Shown here: positions 22,501-31,500 of the stretch, piece by piece
Layout: every line of letters begins with the position of its first letter
Position numbering within the stretch: the first letter of the stretch is position 1
Assembly: GCA_000092065.1 (NCBI GenBank)
Contig: CP000592.1
Source: Ostreococcus lucimarinus
Lineage: Eukaryota
Strand: one strand, 5' to 3'
Length of the DNA: 64,000 nt
Notes under the pieces: generated by a model
What the model was told of the DNA's origin: nothing
Database searches by the model: none
The model's input: the letters and a program-made list of their open reading frames with translations, nothing else
Program-made: the position numbers and the translations under genes

Positions 22501-25139
22501 CTGAGGTTTGGGAACGCGTCGTGACTTTTCGCTCCAGGATGCTGGGCACGCTGGCAAGTGTGATTCCAGAAATTCGCACAGATTCTATTGCAACGATGCG
22601 GACTGAAATGTTTCTACGAGCATCCGACGGTCTGAGACAAGTCGGTCAAGTGGTTCTTTCTCGCAAATTCTTGCGACAATACATCGAAAGTGTGGTACAA
22701 ACAGGCGCGCCCGAGGATTTGAGACTTCATGAAGCAGTGTTTAAGCTCAAGCTGTCGATGGGTACGAACACCGCCATGGAACAATCATTGGAAATGTGCC
22801 GAAAGTTGCAGAGTGAAGATCGATGGCGGGAGGACGATAAAATGAGCCTGACCATTTTAGAAGCACAATTCTGCGAGCACCTAGCGAGTGCACGCGACGA
22901 TGATTCGTTGAGTCATAGCATCGCGGCGATCAATTCTTATATCTCTGTTGCAGAACGAAGCACAAATGCAGCGCAGGCGTCCGAGGCGTCGTTGAGACTC
23001 GCTCACTTTTGCGACACAGCGCTAAAAAAGCTACACGGTGAATACGTGCAAACGTCTGTATCGACCGAATGCGCAGAAGCATTAAACGGTTGGCTGGTAT
23101 CGAGTCTAAACGACGCGTCGAGTCTTGCGGAAGTCTTCATCCTACACACTTTGAAGGCATTGGCGGCTTCCAGCGCGCATAAATCTACACCAGCGCGTCA
23201 TCTATTACCTCGACTTCTGACCTTGCTCAGAGAAACTTGCCCCGACGCTCGCGACTACAGTCAGACACTCTTACGCGTCCCGACTTGGTTATTTTTGGAT
23301 TGGATTCCGCAGCTTTTATCGATGGTTTCCGACGTGAATCTTCGAAAGGTTGCTGCGCCGTTGGTACAAAGATTGGTGTCAAAGTATCCAGCGGCCGTAC
23401 GACCGCACTTCAACCTCATCAAAGAAACGATGGATAAACATATAAGTGAAAGGATGAACTTTTCGCTCGCCTCGTCGCTACACGATGGATTCAATCGTGG
23501 TATGGAGCTCTTGGATTTCCCTTCGAATCGATTGAATTTTTGGCGTCAACAAATTCAACTCCGCGAGTATCAGCACGACGTCAACGCCGCGAGCAATATC
23601 GTCGATGGCATGATTTCAGATCTGACAAATACAGAAGATCCTTTGTTGGGCTTGATTAACAAACGGTTCGTTGAAATTGCGTCACCAATGTTGACGAGCG
23701 CGATAGCCACGGCGCGCAGGGAGAAAACGAGCGTCAACGCCGCATTGAAACATGCCGAAGCTCAAATCGTCGCAGTTTGGGTCAAAGAATTCCCGGGTCT
23801 AAACAACGCATCAAGAATCCGACTAAGCGACTTCTCTTCATGGTTTGCGAGCTATGCGAGCTTTGCCGGAGTTTCAACAGCCCTGGAAATTCCCGGGCAG
23901 TACGACAACATAAATGCACCGCCAGATATGGAGCGACACGTCACCATAATGGGATTCGCACCGGAAGTACAGGTCTTCGAATCCAAGCAGCGACCAAAAA
24001 AAATAACGATGAGAGGAAGCGATGGCAGAGATTATCAGTTCATCGTGAAGGGTGGAGAGGACTTGCGTCAAGACGAGCGCATTCAGCGCTTATTCAGAGC
24101 AATGAATGGGCTCTTGGCCTCTAATACGGAATCTCGAGGTAGGGGGTTAGAGGTTCGGACTTTCCATGTCTCCCCTCTATCTAATCGAACCGGCTTGATT
24201 GAATTTTTGCGCAAAACTTCGCCGCTGCTTCGGCTTCTGAATAAGCCTGTTGAAGAAGCGAATGTGACTGCATTCGTTGAACATCAACGATGGATTAAAG
24301 AGCGCGCGACGGGACTTGGCAAGCGAAAGCGAGAGTCTGCGCATGTAGATGCGACGACACACAGCGACTACCTCAGTGCGATAGGCAAAGCATCGAAAGA
24401 CGACTCGGTGGCTATACTCACGCGATTGAAATCGGCGACGACGTCGCCAGATGCTCTACGGAAGATTTTGTTCACAGCCGCAGGCAGCGCAGAAGCTTTC
24501 GTCATGATGAGGCAATCATTTGCGACATCTTTAGCATCCTCCAGCATTTGTGGCTACGTTGCTGGAGTTGGCGATAGGCATCTGGACAACATCCTTCTCG
24601 ATATATCGACGGGAGAGTTGGTACACATCGATTTTGGGTACGCCTTTGGCACCGCTACACACGCTCTTCCGATTCCTGAACTTGTCCCATTCAGAGCGAC
24701 TCCAGCTCTTCTCGATGTTTTCTCTCCATTGAACGCGCGCACGTGGCTGGAAACGGACATGTGCCGAACTATGAAGGCGCTTCAGGACGGCTCGACACTT
24801 CTCAAGGGCGTGATGGACATTTTCCTTCGCGATCCCCTAATCGATTGGGAACGCGAATCCGTGAGTGCAGGTACGCAATCTCACATCCAGAACAGAATCA
24901 CTCGCGCGTGGGGCAAATTAGAACTCGACAATCCAGCCGTCGTCGTCGTCGACGAGTGCGAATCAAAGCACAAGAATTCTGCACATTGGACAGATTTGCG
25001 CAAGACGCTCGTTGGCGCGAATGCGCCGCCCGCGAAGAAATGCACCGATGTCGAGCATCAAATTCGTGCGTTATTAGACTTAGCGACCAACCCAGAACTT
25101 TTAGCCGTCGCGTGGAGCGGATGGCGACCCTGGCTTTGA
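13512..25139 (+). CDS. PRKDC: DNA-PKcs main exon, ~3,876 codons, uninterrupted.
   Basis: The C-terminal PI3K-like kinase domain is colinear with human DNA-PKcs (IPGQYD...KITMRGSDGRDYQFIVKGGEDLRQDERIQRLFRAMNGLLA; GDRHLDNILLDISTGELVHIDFGYAFGTATHALPIPELVPFRATPALL). The FATC ends ...LLAVAWSGWRPWL (human ...RTWEGWEPWM). A FAT-region block RSYRTGDLPDVKISCHELITP matches human [21 protein letters not shown]. Confidence 0.9.
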   Translation, partial: ERCESIAKEDVARLGIPGAVFDRRAGVVAFVEATDGRRGNAFATARAKALDLTGELATRMEGMDGDDGGLGSRARDGFEVIMMTFRKETSMSVRSGALKTLLTLARRYAGEIGRGTMQAYGRALRRDFESYTKNSKTVKGLILRVIGGMHEGLRREGLTLVTAEEAMEDSSAPTAKWLMTASCRILDAALDDEEDVKKEIVLMASALYAITASLSARVAEEGADKANFARIVRIVEHAVSLRETGTRTDMSKAALDLITTHAHALRHELVKISSKMFELLLNLRTHNNKELARCAAAAYEEFLPAMRDAFVCDTFSSSRDSRAKLLDDILKVIMRMLDDEKTSQRDKTACVHALGKFAAPAMELLSDDYAEVNTYMERLGKLTMYIKFQQGENEFQERFESIERQVALLSAFSDVLRSSNVMIDEALLETFAGLVVWIWEQYAFELERRKPQIRNALLNLFVVLASKGCALQTLLTRIGSQLLFLTLRFSEPDPIDKVLCKNDPVPMWPRYVDLWTALIGGGNECAAGVYGCFVNELLNFCTTLDLGIVTPTGEDSNSERNARTDTSTSDDLDTTSVAVSLGDDASASNPGDMCTFLQLVEFAQRVIEESPADALLPWVNHISTKLMAMANRNSSISAFYKLIGTIVNAADRSGYFGRRDSAEVEQVVALFREFLRDVLQDTRRFSGELLASVLQLLLTLPSVILPIENLIAPLLRALELGLQHPPVTTIALNTLERWLDGKHLDETSPHLVQIAKRLSAYLDSASSSNAFFGEVYESEGRDRKKKQASKEQDEMRLKRATFIRIVKILGSMGGAAHGLLSAKSNSELDSPWDSDSKLSMPIGLVRSSTKLWLDKLLPRTSHLAMSSQDRATKIAACEALYGSTVFLIGRSAQGPTASAGDFTRSASQYRSIFEKLFPIIFELSVDADAISRKLFSDLSFQMTRWYAKSQARELDVTLCLFDALIEGLSNTSKAGAVRDLCASLVAELLEWSIKYVRDTKAFEGTVNHRYILRTLFGLMGHTGSAHRLGAVTALRKCLKHVTKHRNLLDEYVLEILNVTFKSIERSGEHSLTVGVSTRGADVAMAIVVREILRAIQTHAKWLLHSPGSTVSKCTDSFMRSLLELTASGDDFLRREAQQAFATIAPLALSDVRRWLQGNLHVISSCVDASVPEMKALENGSKRLLNRFIAVVQWSSWTMSMHFTDLEFFTASRTTHFHAVGQYLDSISGRLESSFVLEQDTPANQTGHLAREILVLFDSILNSPWSGGDKEALLALSLPQENGNRRVIKLISSSIFYSQNIANDADSSRKYLMPAAAQLLRTLTKDHGSSKVARLGEEAFACLRGLIALPKFDLGAINLENAQGCIAAQRLADGYRELANVLVLRRILPQEGESSAKNLTRRAATVVRNLFHANPPQRVVGQVVMQLCLHLNIAPSALLDLLLDRVQDSDAKLGETFYRNYREPILRACKYSFDDYAGDLFKVAGADVQSPSGAVVTDVIVSVIELSIPKENATQTRSLDGGRVLATLKKNMSHLCHLYEDHEDASAVVKNTCHQRFLAILRAAVKLNRALGSSHDSIASEDSYTSFLTVMAGLMRCVRCDCISLSSQVDAVMITAEILEGINISKSSRDALEKSLSDSLKNMVVQERCDSTTFKKRFPSTVKAFKQAFSKYQAPSLIAALLPFYDDSDSKSVLLEEDVTEIRWNAAVAQQIWLIAEDEHVAVESRALAVCRILPKLLSSSDPTQVLAFFTDNAKAIAQDIGGGKTDILSRLRTFGVLSAMYSKCTKQEVMDGPCVQVPKLNALVSKAVISELSGHGTASKSLLGQESIALHATKMAFSVFASLLTCTQTDVKFYAKLFENVASWNNLVDRTKRVKLEATMEVKRAQRNLKADVSTTRLKSFTLSSNLAAMYSLKPSDTAENDNLAADEDIAQQDNHSKGTPRDELEAHPVSDGVFKMLKLVVMRGLTGDASGLRPEMQLLEMVSCLLYSPAVLASVKLLVVKALLRLNDDLTSESSGDVGMTVLITQPSFLAAHSDLMIALLSAMIEITKESDAAYVSTPLRKTMNIALECDNLWSSNFEEAKTSIFEATELVIKSGYSRNEDIFRENLKLCSKLFSRLRDTARMTSTPTSHCFQSSMYQLQRHLECKPKDPRNTSLVKVCALRKKFAIKLIEILINAEAPVLCVRDTSVFITTAQGKKIDEEIPSPLLNILLRFIDKDVRKGLTTLAASLLGRIMKIDGGVAQWHKSLQKQLKGVSDDLLLNTLDQITISCPSFVHDAGFAPSIQSRLDTFWGEPRCVALLILTRDHRPERVQWTYDRLLPFVGSLLKQRDCEVMIILFEALTRGAQAITRTQRDANHIELWKNALVEADNAVSMESAVKVRESHTNLCIAIAETYPKLINESSLQGPLLRALADPVSLTCRQTALQFWNKRLQFDNLVTRLHDTLQLIPHAKVESLWLAAACRLLFAVQEMNPASRAPLIDNDLSECVFTSVKLDSLRRRGASQTMAPLFSTQAQDPDADEKRSVVLSTILANFKQPARGDPTIATSLPYELANLLQSQEHVKDFGAFHEIAQNLDIGANKKKIDDFLVEEMKNSVKLTRSYRTGDLPDVKISCHELITPFLLCAERDSAVACTLLRELANSAQHEFAFILKDQNDARPAKEAMAIVAQPLKDFVGSIEGRDASLVRFILSLCEVIPQAAEIPVDHVVRLATRGRSLSSGVIAMESMITSGDQSPQTWEALAKLYRSLGYDDAALLSFVNAFPHQEETMCAIRQEMAGNVRDAVQAYKHLLSAEIDRSPRESEFLKHEFFRCAERLGEWDEIGKHLEDVRTGEFKIEDLSCIPGEASGGSSICTAFRVALRQPLEDWSPFLTKVLLQEDSTRKLKHLGVEIAMNALLSDSAGDDTREVHDVLQQVYQSFIDSWSTTCSASVAIRRKLLQALQPAVEIDETLRTIDELKTGLRKLKNMDIKKAESIVNQLESKWQTRWPSAAYDASEVWERVVTFRSRMLGTLASVIPEIRTDSIATMRTEMFLRASDGLRQVGQVVLSRKFLRQYIESVVQTGAPEDLRLHEAVFKLKLSMGTNTAMEQSLEMCRKLQSEDRWREDDKMSLTILEAQFCEHLASARDDDSLSHSIAAINSYISVAERSTNAAQASEASLRLAHFCDTALKKLHGEYVQTSVSTECAEALNGWLVSSLNDASSLAEVFILHTLKALAASSAHKSTPARHLLPRLLTLLRETCPDARDYSQTLLRVPTWLFLDWIPQLLSMVSDVNLRKVAAPLVQRLVSKYPAAVRPHFNLIKETMDKHISERMNFSLASSLHDGFNRGMELLDFPSNRLNFWRQQIQLREYQHDVNAASNIVDGMISDLTNTEDPLLGLINKRFVEIASPMLTSAIATARREKTSVNAALKHAEAQIVAVWVKEFPGLNNASRIRLSDFSSWFASYASFAGVSTALEIPGQYDNINAPPDMERHVTIMGFAPEVQVFESKQRPKKITMRGSDGRDYQFIVKGGEDLRQDERIQRLFRAMNGLLASNTESRGRGLEVRTFHVSPLSNRTGLIEFLRKTSPLLRLLNKPVEEANVTAFVEHQRWIKERATGLGKRKRESAHVDATTHSDYLSAIGKASKDDSVAILTRLKSATTSPDALRKILFTAAGSAEAFVMMRQSFATSLASSSICGYVAGVGDRHLDNILLDISTGELVHIDFGYAFGTATHALPIPELVPFRATPALLDVFSPLNARTWLETDMCRTMKALQDGSTLLKGVMDIFLRDPLIDWERESVSAGTQSHIQNRITRAWGKLELDNPAVVVVDECESKHKNSAHWTDLRKTLVGANAPPAKKCTDVEHQIRALLDLATNPELLAVAWSGWRPWL

Positions 25140-25398
25140 TAGATTTGAATAACTTTGATAGATGCAAACATGACAACGCGCAGCGCTCCTCCCTGCGCCT
25201 CGACAGCCACACTCGACAGCCACACTCAAACTTCAAATCGCGACCGCGCGCCGCGCGTCGCGGGACATGACGCGCGCCGCGTAGACCGGGCGAACGAACA
25301 AACGACACCAACTATTCAATCGCCGCGCGCCGCCGCCGGCGCCGCCTTCATCAGTGGTAGCGCGCGCGGCGAAGCCGTTCCGAGACGCGACGCGCGCG

Positions 25399-25458
25399 AT
25401 GGATGACATCGCTGCCCTGCACGACGCCTTGCGAAGCGATGGGCTTCGAAAGCGGCGG
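25399..25458 (+). CDS. ATM: ATM, tentative exon 1 (MDDIAALHDALRSDGLRKRR). The proposed intron is 25459-25575, GTGCGT..CAG, 117 bp.
   Basis: The ATM ORF-track start at 25594 is TTG, and the first in-frame ATG is only at 25711. The frame is open back to 25567. A phase-0 GTGCGT donor sits after an ATG-initiated mini-ORF upstream, and a pyrimidine-rich CAG acceptor at 25575 joins in frame. This is a model only. An alternative is initiation at ATG 25711. Confidence 0.3.
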
Positions 25459-25575
25459 GTGCGTCTCGAACGACCGCGATTGACCGTACGCGTCGGTAGT
25501 GACGCGCGCGGACGCGTGAACGTGCGGTCACCGATGCGAAAGATGACTGACGGCGCGCGCGCGTAATCCCAACAG

Positions 25576-28500
25576 GATGGCATCAAGACGCTGTTGCTTC
25601 ATCTGCAGTCGAGCGATTTCGTGAAACAGCTCGACTCAGGCACGAGAGCGTATGATTCCACGGGAAGCGGTGACGTGCAGCGCACGTGGGCGGGATTGAT
25701 TAGCTCGGTGATGGTGTGCGTGACAAGCGAGTTAGAGGACGAGAAGCGCGTGGTTGACAAGAACGCGACGTCTTTGTTGAGAAAATTGGTGACGGCTGCG
25801 GAAGGAAGAAAAAAGACGAATGGGCTTTCGGCGCCGTTAATTCGGCGCGCGGGCAAGATATTTACGCACGTGCTTTACGTCTTACAAACGGGAGATGTGA
25901 ATTTTGTCGTCGATTACGTGCATGTGTTGCGCACCAATTTGCTCGTCGCGCCAGAGTATTGCTCGCGGGCGAAGCAAAGCGTCTTCGAGGGATTGATTGA
26001 ATATTTTGCCTCTAATCTTGCGTCGTATCGCGGTGAAGTGATTAACGGTGAAAAGAAGGAGGAGCGGTACCGTGGCGCGGCGGCATTTAATTTGTTGTTG
26101 CGCAACTGTCCATTTGATTTGTCAACGAATGCGGTAAACGGTTTGTTTGAGGTGTTCAAAGAAATATTTCGAGATATGCACGAGGATGGACGCACACCCG
26201 CTATGCTCGTTTCTGCGATGAATAGCTTTCTTCTGAAGACGAGCTTGGACGTGAGTTCGCGCATGACTTCGCTTCACGAGAGTGTCGTGCCGTATCTCTC
26301 GTGGGCGCTTAAGGGAAACGCACGTGACAAGCGCTTGAAAGAGGAATTGATTAAGTACTGCCACTTGCACGTCAATTTAGATGTAGTGAGTGATGGTGGC
26401 GCTGAATTTCTCGTCGAGTTGCTCGCGAGGCAGATCGATGAGATTGGTTCGGACAGATCCGTAGGCGGCGACAACGCCGAAAGATTTGAAGTGAAATTGC
26501 CGCAAAAGTTGTTGTTTGAGCTCTTCGCAGACTTGGTCATGGTTTTGAAGCAACAGAAATCCTTTGCGGGAGTGTGTTTGTACGATGGTGAGCGAACGCC
26601 GAAGCGCGCACGAGGGAACGAAAAACCTGTGGAACGCATACTATCAAAGATTTTGAACGACAGTGGTTGCTGGAGCGCCGTGTTTTGCTTGCTTTTGAAA
26701 CGGCACAGCGCCGCGTTAACGAAGGAAGAGTTAGCTAGTTGCGCGAAACGACTGTTGCACGCACTGAGCGAAATGTTTTCTCAAGGAAGCATGTCAGATA
26801 TGAAAGCCCTGGCTCACGCAATCTGGTTGATTCGATGCTTGCAGGAAATCGCTGGCACGATGCACAACGAAACGCTACCATTGTGGACGGATGTGACGAA
26901 TTGTCTCGTCTACTGGCTTCCAGCGCACCTATCTGACGTTCGCTTAACGAACGACGTGCTTTTACTTTTTGCGGCGATGATCAGTCACAGACTCGTACAC
27001 CCGTCGTTATTGAGACAGAAATTCTGGTTGCTCACCATCTTTGATTTTGCTGACATTCCAAGTTTGGCTACGCTGGAGCTCGTGGGTGCGGTGGCGTCCA
27101 TCGGGCTTTGTGATCACGTCTTGGCGGGTCGCTCTTATGACAGTTACTTTAAGTGGCTAATTCGTGGACTGTCGCAGAAGAATGACGATCGAATGTCATT
27201 CTACGGGCGTCGCGCAAATGTGACGTCTTCGTACGATTTAGCGCTGTTGCGTGTGCAATCGGCGATTCAGAATTCATTCATCGCTGGCTCTCACAAGCCT
27301 TGGGTAGACGATGTCACGCGCCGCGCGTGGCTAGAAGTGCCCGATGAAGAGCATTTAGAGTTTTTGCGAGGCGTGGAAGATCTTCACTTAGTTGCGAAAC
27401 CTTTCGCCACACTCAAGCTTGAGTTTAGAGACGCGGCAGAGCGCAAAGAGGACGATGGCGCGAAGCGAATCAATACGAAGGAACTAAGCATGGACCCGGA
27501 AGTTCATCGTGTAGGTACCGATTGTTTGGAGCACGCGATGACGAACGCGTCGACATCTGAAGACGCGATGCGACTATGCACGATAGCTTTAGGTATTATA
27601 GGAGCCGTGGCGTCGGTCGGTCGATCGTCACGGTCTGTGCAGAGTCTAGATTGGGGCGTGAGCGGGTCGCTCATCAGAACGGTCAAACACACCATATCTA
27701 CTGCGTTAGAGTATGACACGATGGTGATGCTGAACGCGAAGACGAGTGTGCTCGAAACCATCCCAATCTTGGCGGGCGCTCTTGAGCAAATTCAACAAGC
27801 AGCCGGTTTGGGAGCAAGTTTGGAAGCAACCTCTCACAAACTCGTCAAAGTATTGACTGAAATGACCAAAGACTTTTTGAAAATCATCAGAGATGCACTG
27901 CAAGGCAACGGAAGCGTGCCAGCTAGTGCTCGGCAGTCGCAAGAAGCCGTTCAGTTTGGTGACGATTTGGACTTTGAGATGGCCGACGCCACCTTGTCAG
28001 AGACGCAGCGCTCAAATACATCTCAGATGGCGACAACATCGGGGTCCAATGAACGAGAAACGACGATTGCCTGTGGCGAACAAGTCATAAGGAAAATTCT
28101 GAGATGCTTTAAGTCGATGTCCGTGGTGGTTCCAAGCACGGTGACAACATCTACATCGATGTTGCTCCGATACGCCGTTCCTCCAGAAGGTGCGCCACCT
28201 CGTGGACCCTGCGGTATTGGTGTTTCTCAAGACATCGCCGAGTTAGTCGTAGATTTTGTCGGATTAGCCGACACGGAGTATCTGATTGATCACCTCGTTC
28301 CTTGTCTTCAGGCGGTGGCGAGAGGGCAAGTAAATTTGGATGAGAACACGGGCCTCACTTCTTCTGCTCGTTTATGGTTACTGCATCAGATCACAGTCTT
28401 GTGTCACGGAATATGCAGGCTTAAGTTGAACGCTTCAAATTATCCGTCTACGACTCAGGGCACGATGCCCAGTAACATACACGAGGTATTGGCTGACTTG

Positions 28501-31500
28501 GTGTCACGAGCCGCCGGTATTTTGGACGGTGAAGCTCCAGCAGCGTTGAGAAATTGTGTTGCTCGCGCAAAATTAGCTGACTGCATTTTTTCGTTGTTCA
28601 AGCTGAATATAGACTACTTCCAGCCTAGATTTGGTAGTTCGTTAGCTTGGCTTTTAGGGGATGAAAGTTATTTGGTGCGCATACATGCTGGCTCTGCAAT
28701 TGCGTCCATACTAGATTTCTACGAAGAAGCGGACCACACGAGTATATTTCAAAATACCGTCGTTCCTGGATTGGCCATCAAGTGTCAGTTTCTCCCGAAT
28801 GGCAGCTTGAATATTGGCGATGGTGAAATTGCAGAAACCGAAGCTGAGTGGTCTAGCTTGCATTTCATTTCCGCCGTTGGTGTTGTTTCTCGAGTGTTGG
28901 AACCGTGGTGCACGTACATAATCGTTCATCATCGAGCGCGTCATGGTGAACGTGTGCAGATACCTGCGATAAACGCGTTAAAATATCTAGCAGAAGCAAC
29001 TGGCCACACATCTCTGGAATCTTTCGTTGCCTATCACAGCCGAACTATCGGGAAACTTTGGATAGACTCTGGCGCACCTTTGTCGATGTTGTTTCAAGTG
29101 CCAGAGTTCCTCGGCTTGTCTCAATCTGCTGAGCGAGAGTCCGTCGCGATTCATCTCAAAAGATCTTTGCTCCCAGCGTTGATATATGAGCAAGACCGTG
29201 ATGGATTGAAAACTTTGACGTCGACTTGCGGAATGGCACACAAGTTCAAGCAAATGATTCAAGGAGATTGGGACGCCATTTATGCGCGTTTGTACGCGTC
29301 GGCGGTAAAGTCTAATCCCGATCGCAAAGCTATTCAAGCACTCACGTACGCGAATTCCATGGTGAAAAACAATGGTGGATGGAACTCCAAACATCCTTCG
29401 GTGCAGATTCAGATTTTATTCGAACTCTTGCTCTTGGCAAGGGATCCTGTTTCGCCTCCCTACAGTCGATCCAGCGATATTGTGGAAGTCGTCGGTAAGT
29501 TTATGGATGAAAAGGACTTGAATATTCGTTGGGATGTTAACATCATATTTCAATGCATGTTGCGTATCCACGAGGCGGTTGATATGGCTACGTCATCGAG
29601 ACATAAATTGAAGACTTTGAACGCGCTGAAAGTTTTGCTGCTGTGTATCGGCGACGAAAGGGTTCGAAGTCCGTCCATATTCCGTTACGTCTACTTCATG
29701 CTTATTCCAAATATCAACGATCATACGATCGGCACGCAGTGTATTCAAGTTTTGGTCAACCTAACTCTCAACGCCTACGACGACCTACGTCAAGCCGACG
29801 ACGCCGAAAGTGAACTTGCGTTAGCGATGGAAAGTTTCATCATGCCTCTCATGTTTGTGTTGTCTTCTGTCGTCGAGTCAAAGTCAAGTCCGAACGCTCA
29901 ACGCAATGAGGCTCTAAAGTTGTTGACCGCTATCGTCACCAATCCACCGATGCTCATTCATCACGCGCTATGTGTGCTACCGCCATTGCCAGATGTACCC
30001 ATGCTGAGCGAAGTCAGATCGATTCTCTCGGTCGCATTTGAGAAGCCAAGCTTTGATATACGTCTCATGTCGCTCGTCAAAAAGGCACCGACGTTGCCTA
30101 AAGCCTTGAGTAGAGTAGCGTTGAGAGCCGGCGGTCTCGAGGCTCTACAGCACAAAACAGAGCTCGCGCAAATGTACGGGCAGAACGAGTCATCTTCCAT
30201 TCCTGAAAACGTATGGAAATTTGCAGAGCTCGTCTCACCGCTTGGAGATACTGAACTCTTCGCGATCGCCGCTGAGCTGCTTTCTTTACTCGGTCCTCTG
30301 AGGCCGAACACGTTGGCGTTCATCACGCCAGAGATGAAACTTCCGATTGACTCGAAGCATATCAAAGTCGGACTCACCGAAGCGGGCACTTTCGTTTTCG
30401 ATGTTCTCAAGTACTTGAGCGGCCTTCTCTGCTCGCCGATGAGCTCGACTGTTCGCGCTGCAGCGACTACCATTCAATCGTTACTGATGGTAAAAAAAGC
30501 GGCTCTGGTCATGGACAAGATGTCTAAAATAGACAAGGCATATCTCTTGCCTTTTGAGCATCCTTCGTTGCGATTGGTGCCTGAATCTGTCAGCGCAACC
30601 AACAATGTCACGGACGCATACGCTCTCGATGATGAACGTCTTTGGACAGTCAATGAGAACGGTTCCGAGACGAAGTACGAAGAATGGATTTGTCGTCTCA
30701 GCCATAGGTTGATAAGCGAGTTCAAACCACATACGAAGAGTAAGAATGACCCTCAGTTTTCGTTGACGGTGTTCGAATTATTGGGTCCGCTGATGATTTC
30801 TGACGCCGTATTGGCAGAGTTGGTGTTCCCTCCTATTTTGTATGAGATCACTAGCGCGCGCGGTAATTTGTCGATTCCTGCGAATCGAGAGGTGCGCGAT
30901 CGCCTGAGTCGCGGGGTTTCAATTTGTCTAAGTCGCGCAAATTTGCCAGAAGGAAAAAAGGCGGCGAAGTTCATGTTGCGCGCTCTTGATTACTTGCGCG
31001 GTAAACGCATGCGGGCATTTAGGATGGTGGATGCGCTACCACAGGATGACTCAAAAGTTTCTGCCGTTCAGAGAAAGGTGCCTCGAGGCGTGGAGGCAAC
31101 TCAATGGGAAAAAGTGTACTGGCTGAATGTTGACTATCTCGTCGTCGCTCAAGCTGCCATTCGCTTGCAAGCTCCTCTCACGGCTACGCTTCTTGTGGAA
31201 CATTGGCTCGAAGATAAAACCGGCACGGTTTCGCTGAACGCGATGGACTCTCAAGGACAAACGTCCGACGCAGTGCCTCCATATCTCACGCTCCTGCTCG
31301 AAGCACAATCGAAACTTTCAGAACCCGATGGTTTGTACGGTCTATTACGCTCCAACTCGCTGGAATTACAATTGCATTTGAGTGAGCACGAAGGTCACTG
31401 GGATAGAGCGCTCGCCGGTTACGACTTGCTGCAGAGCGACGTCGAAAACAATATGAACGGTGGAATGGCGAGCTCACGCGTGCCCATGCTGAACGCATTA

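Noticed and set aside
25577-25579. ATG immediately upstream of the ATM ORF as the start codon.
   Set aside because: It is +1 out of frame with the ATM reading frame and terminates after 15 codons. It would require an indel.
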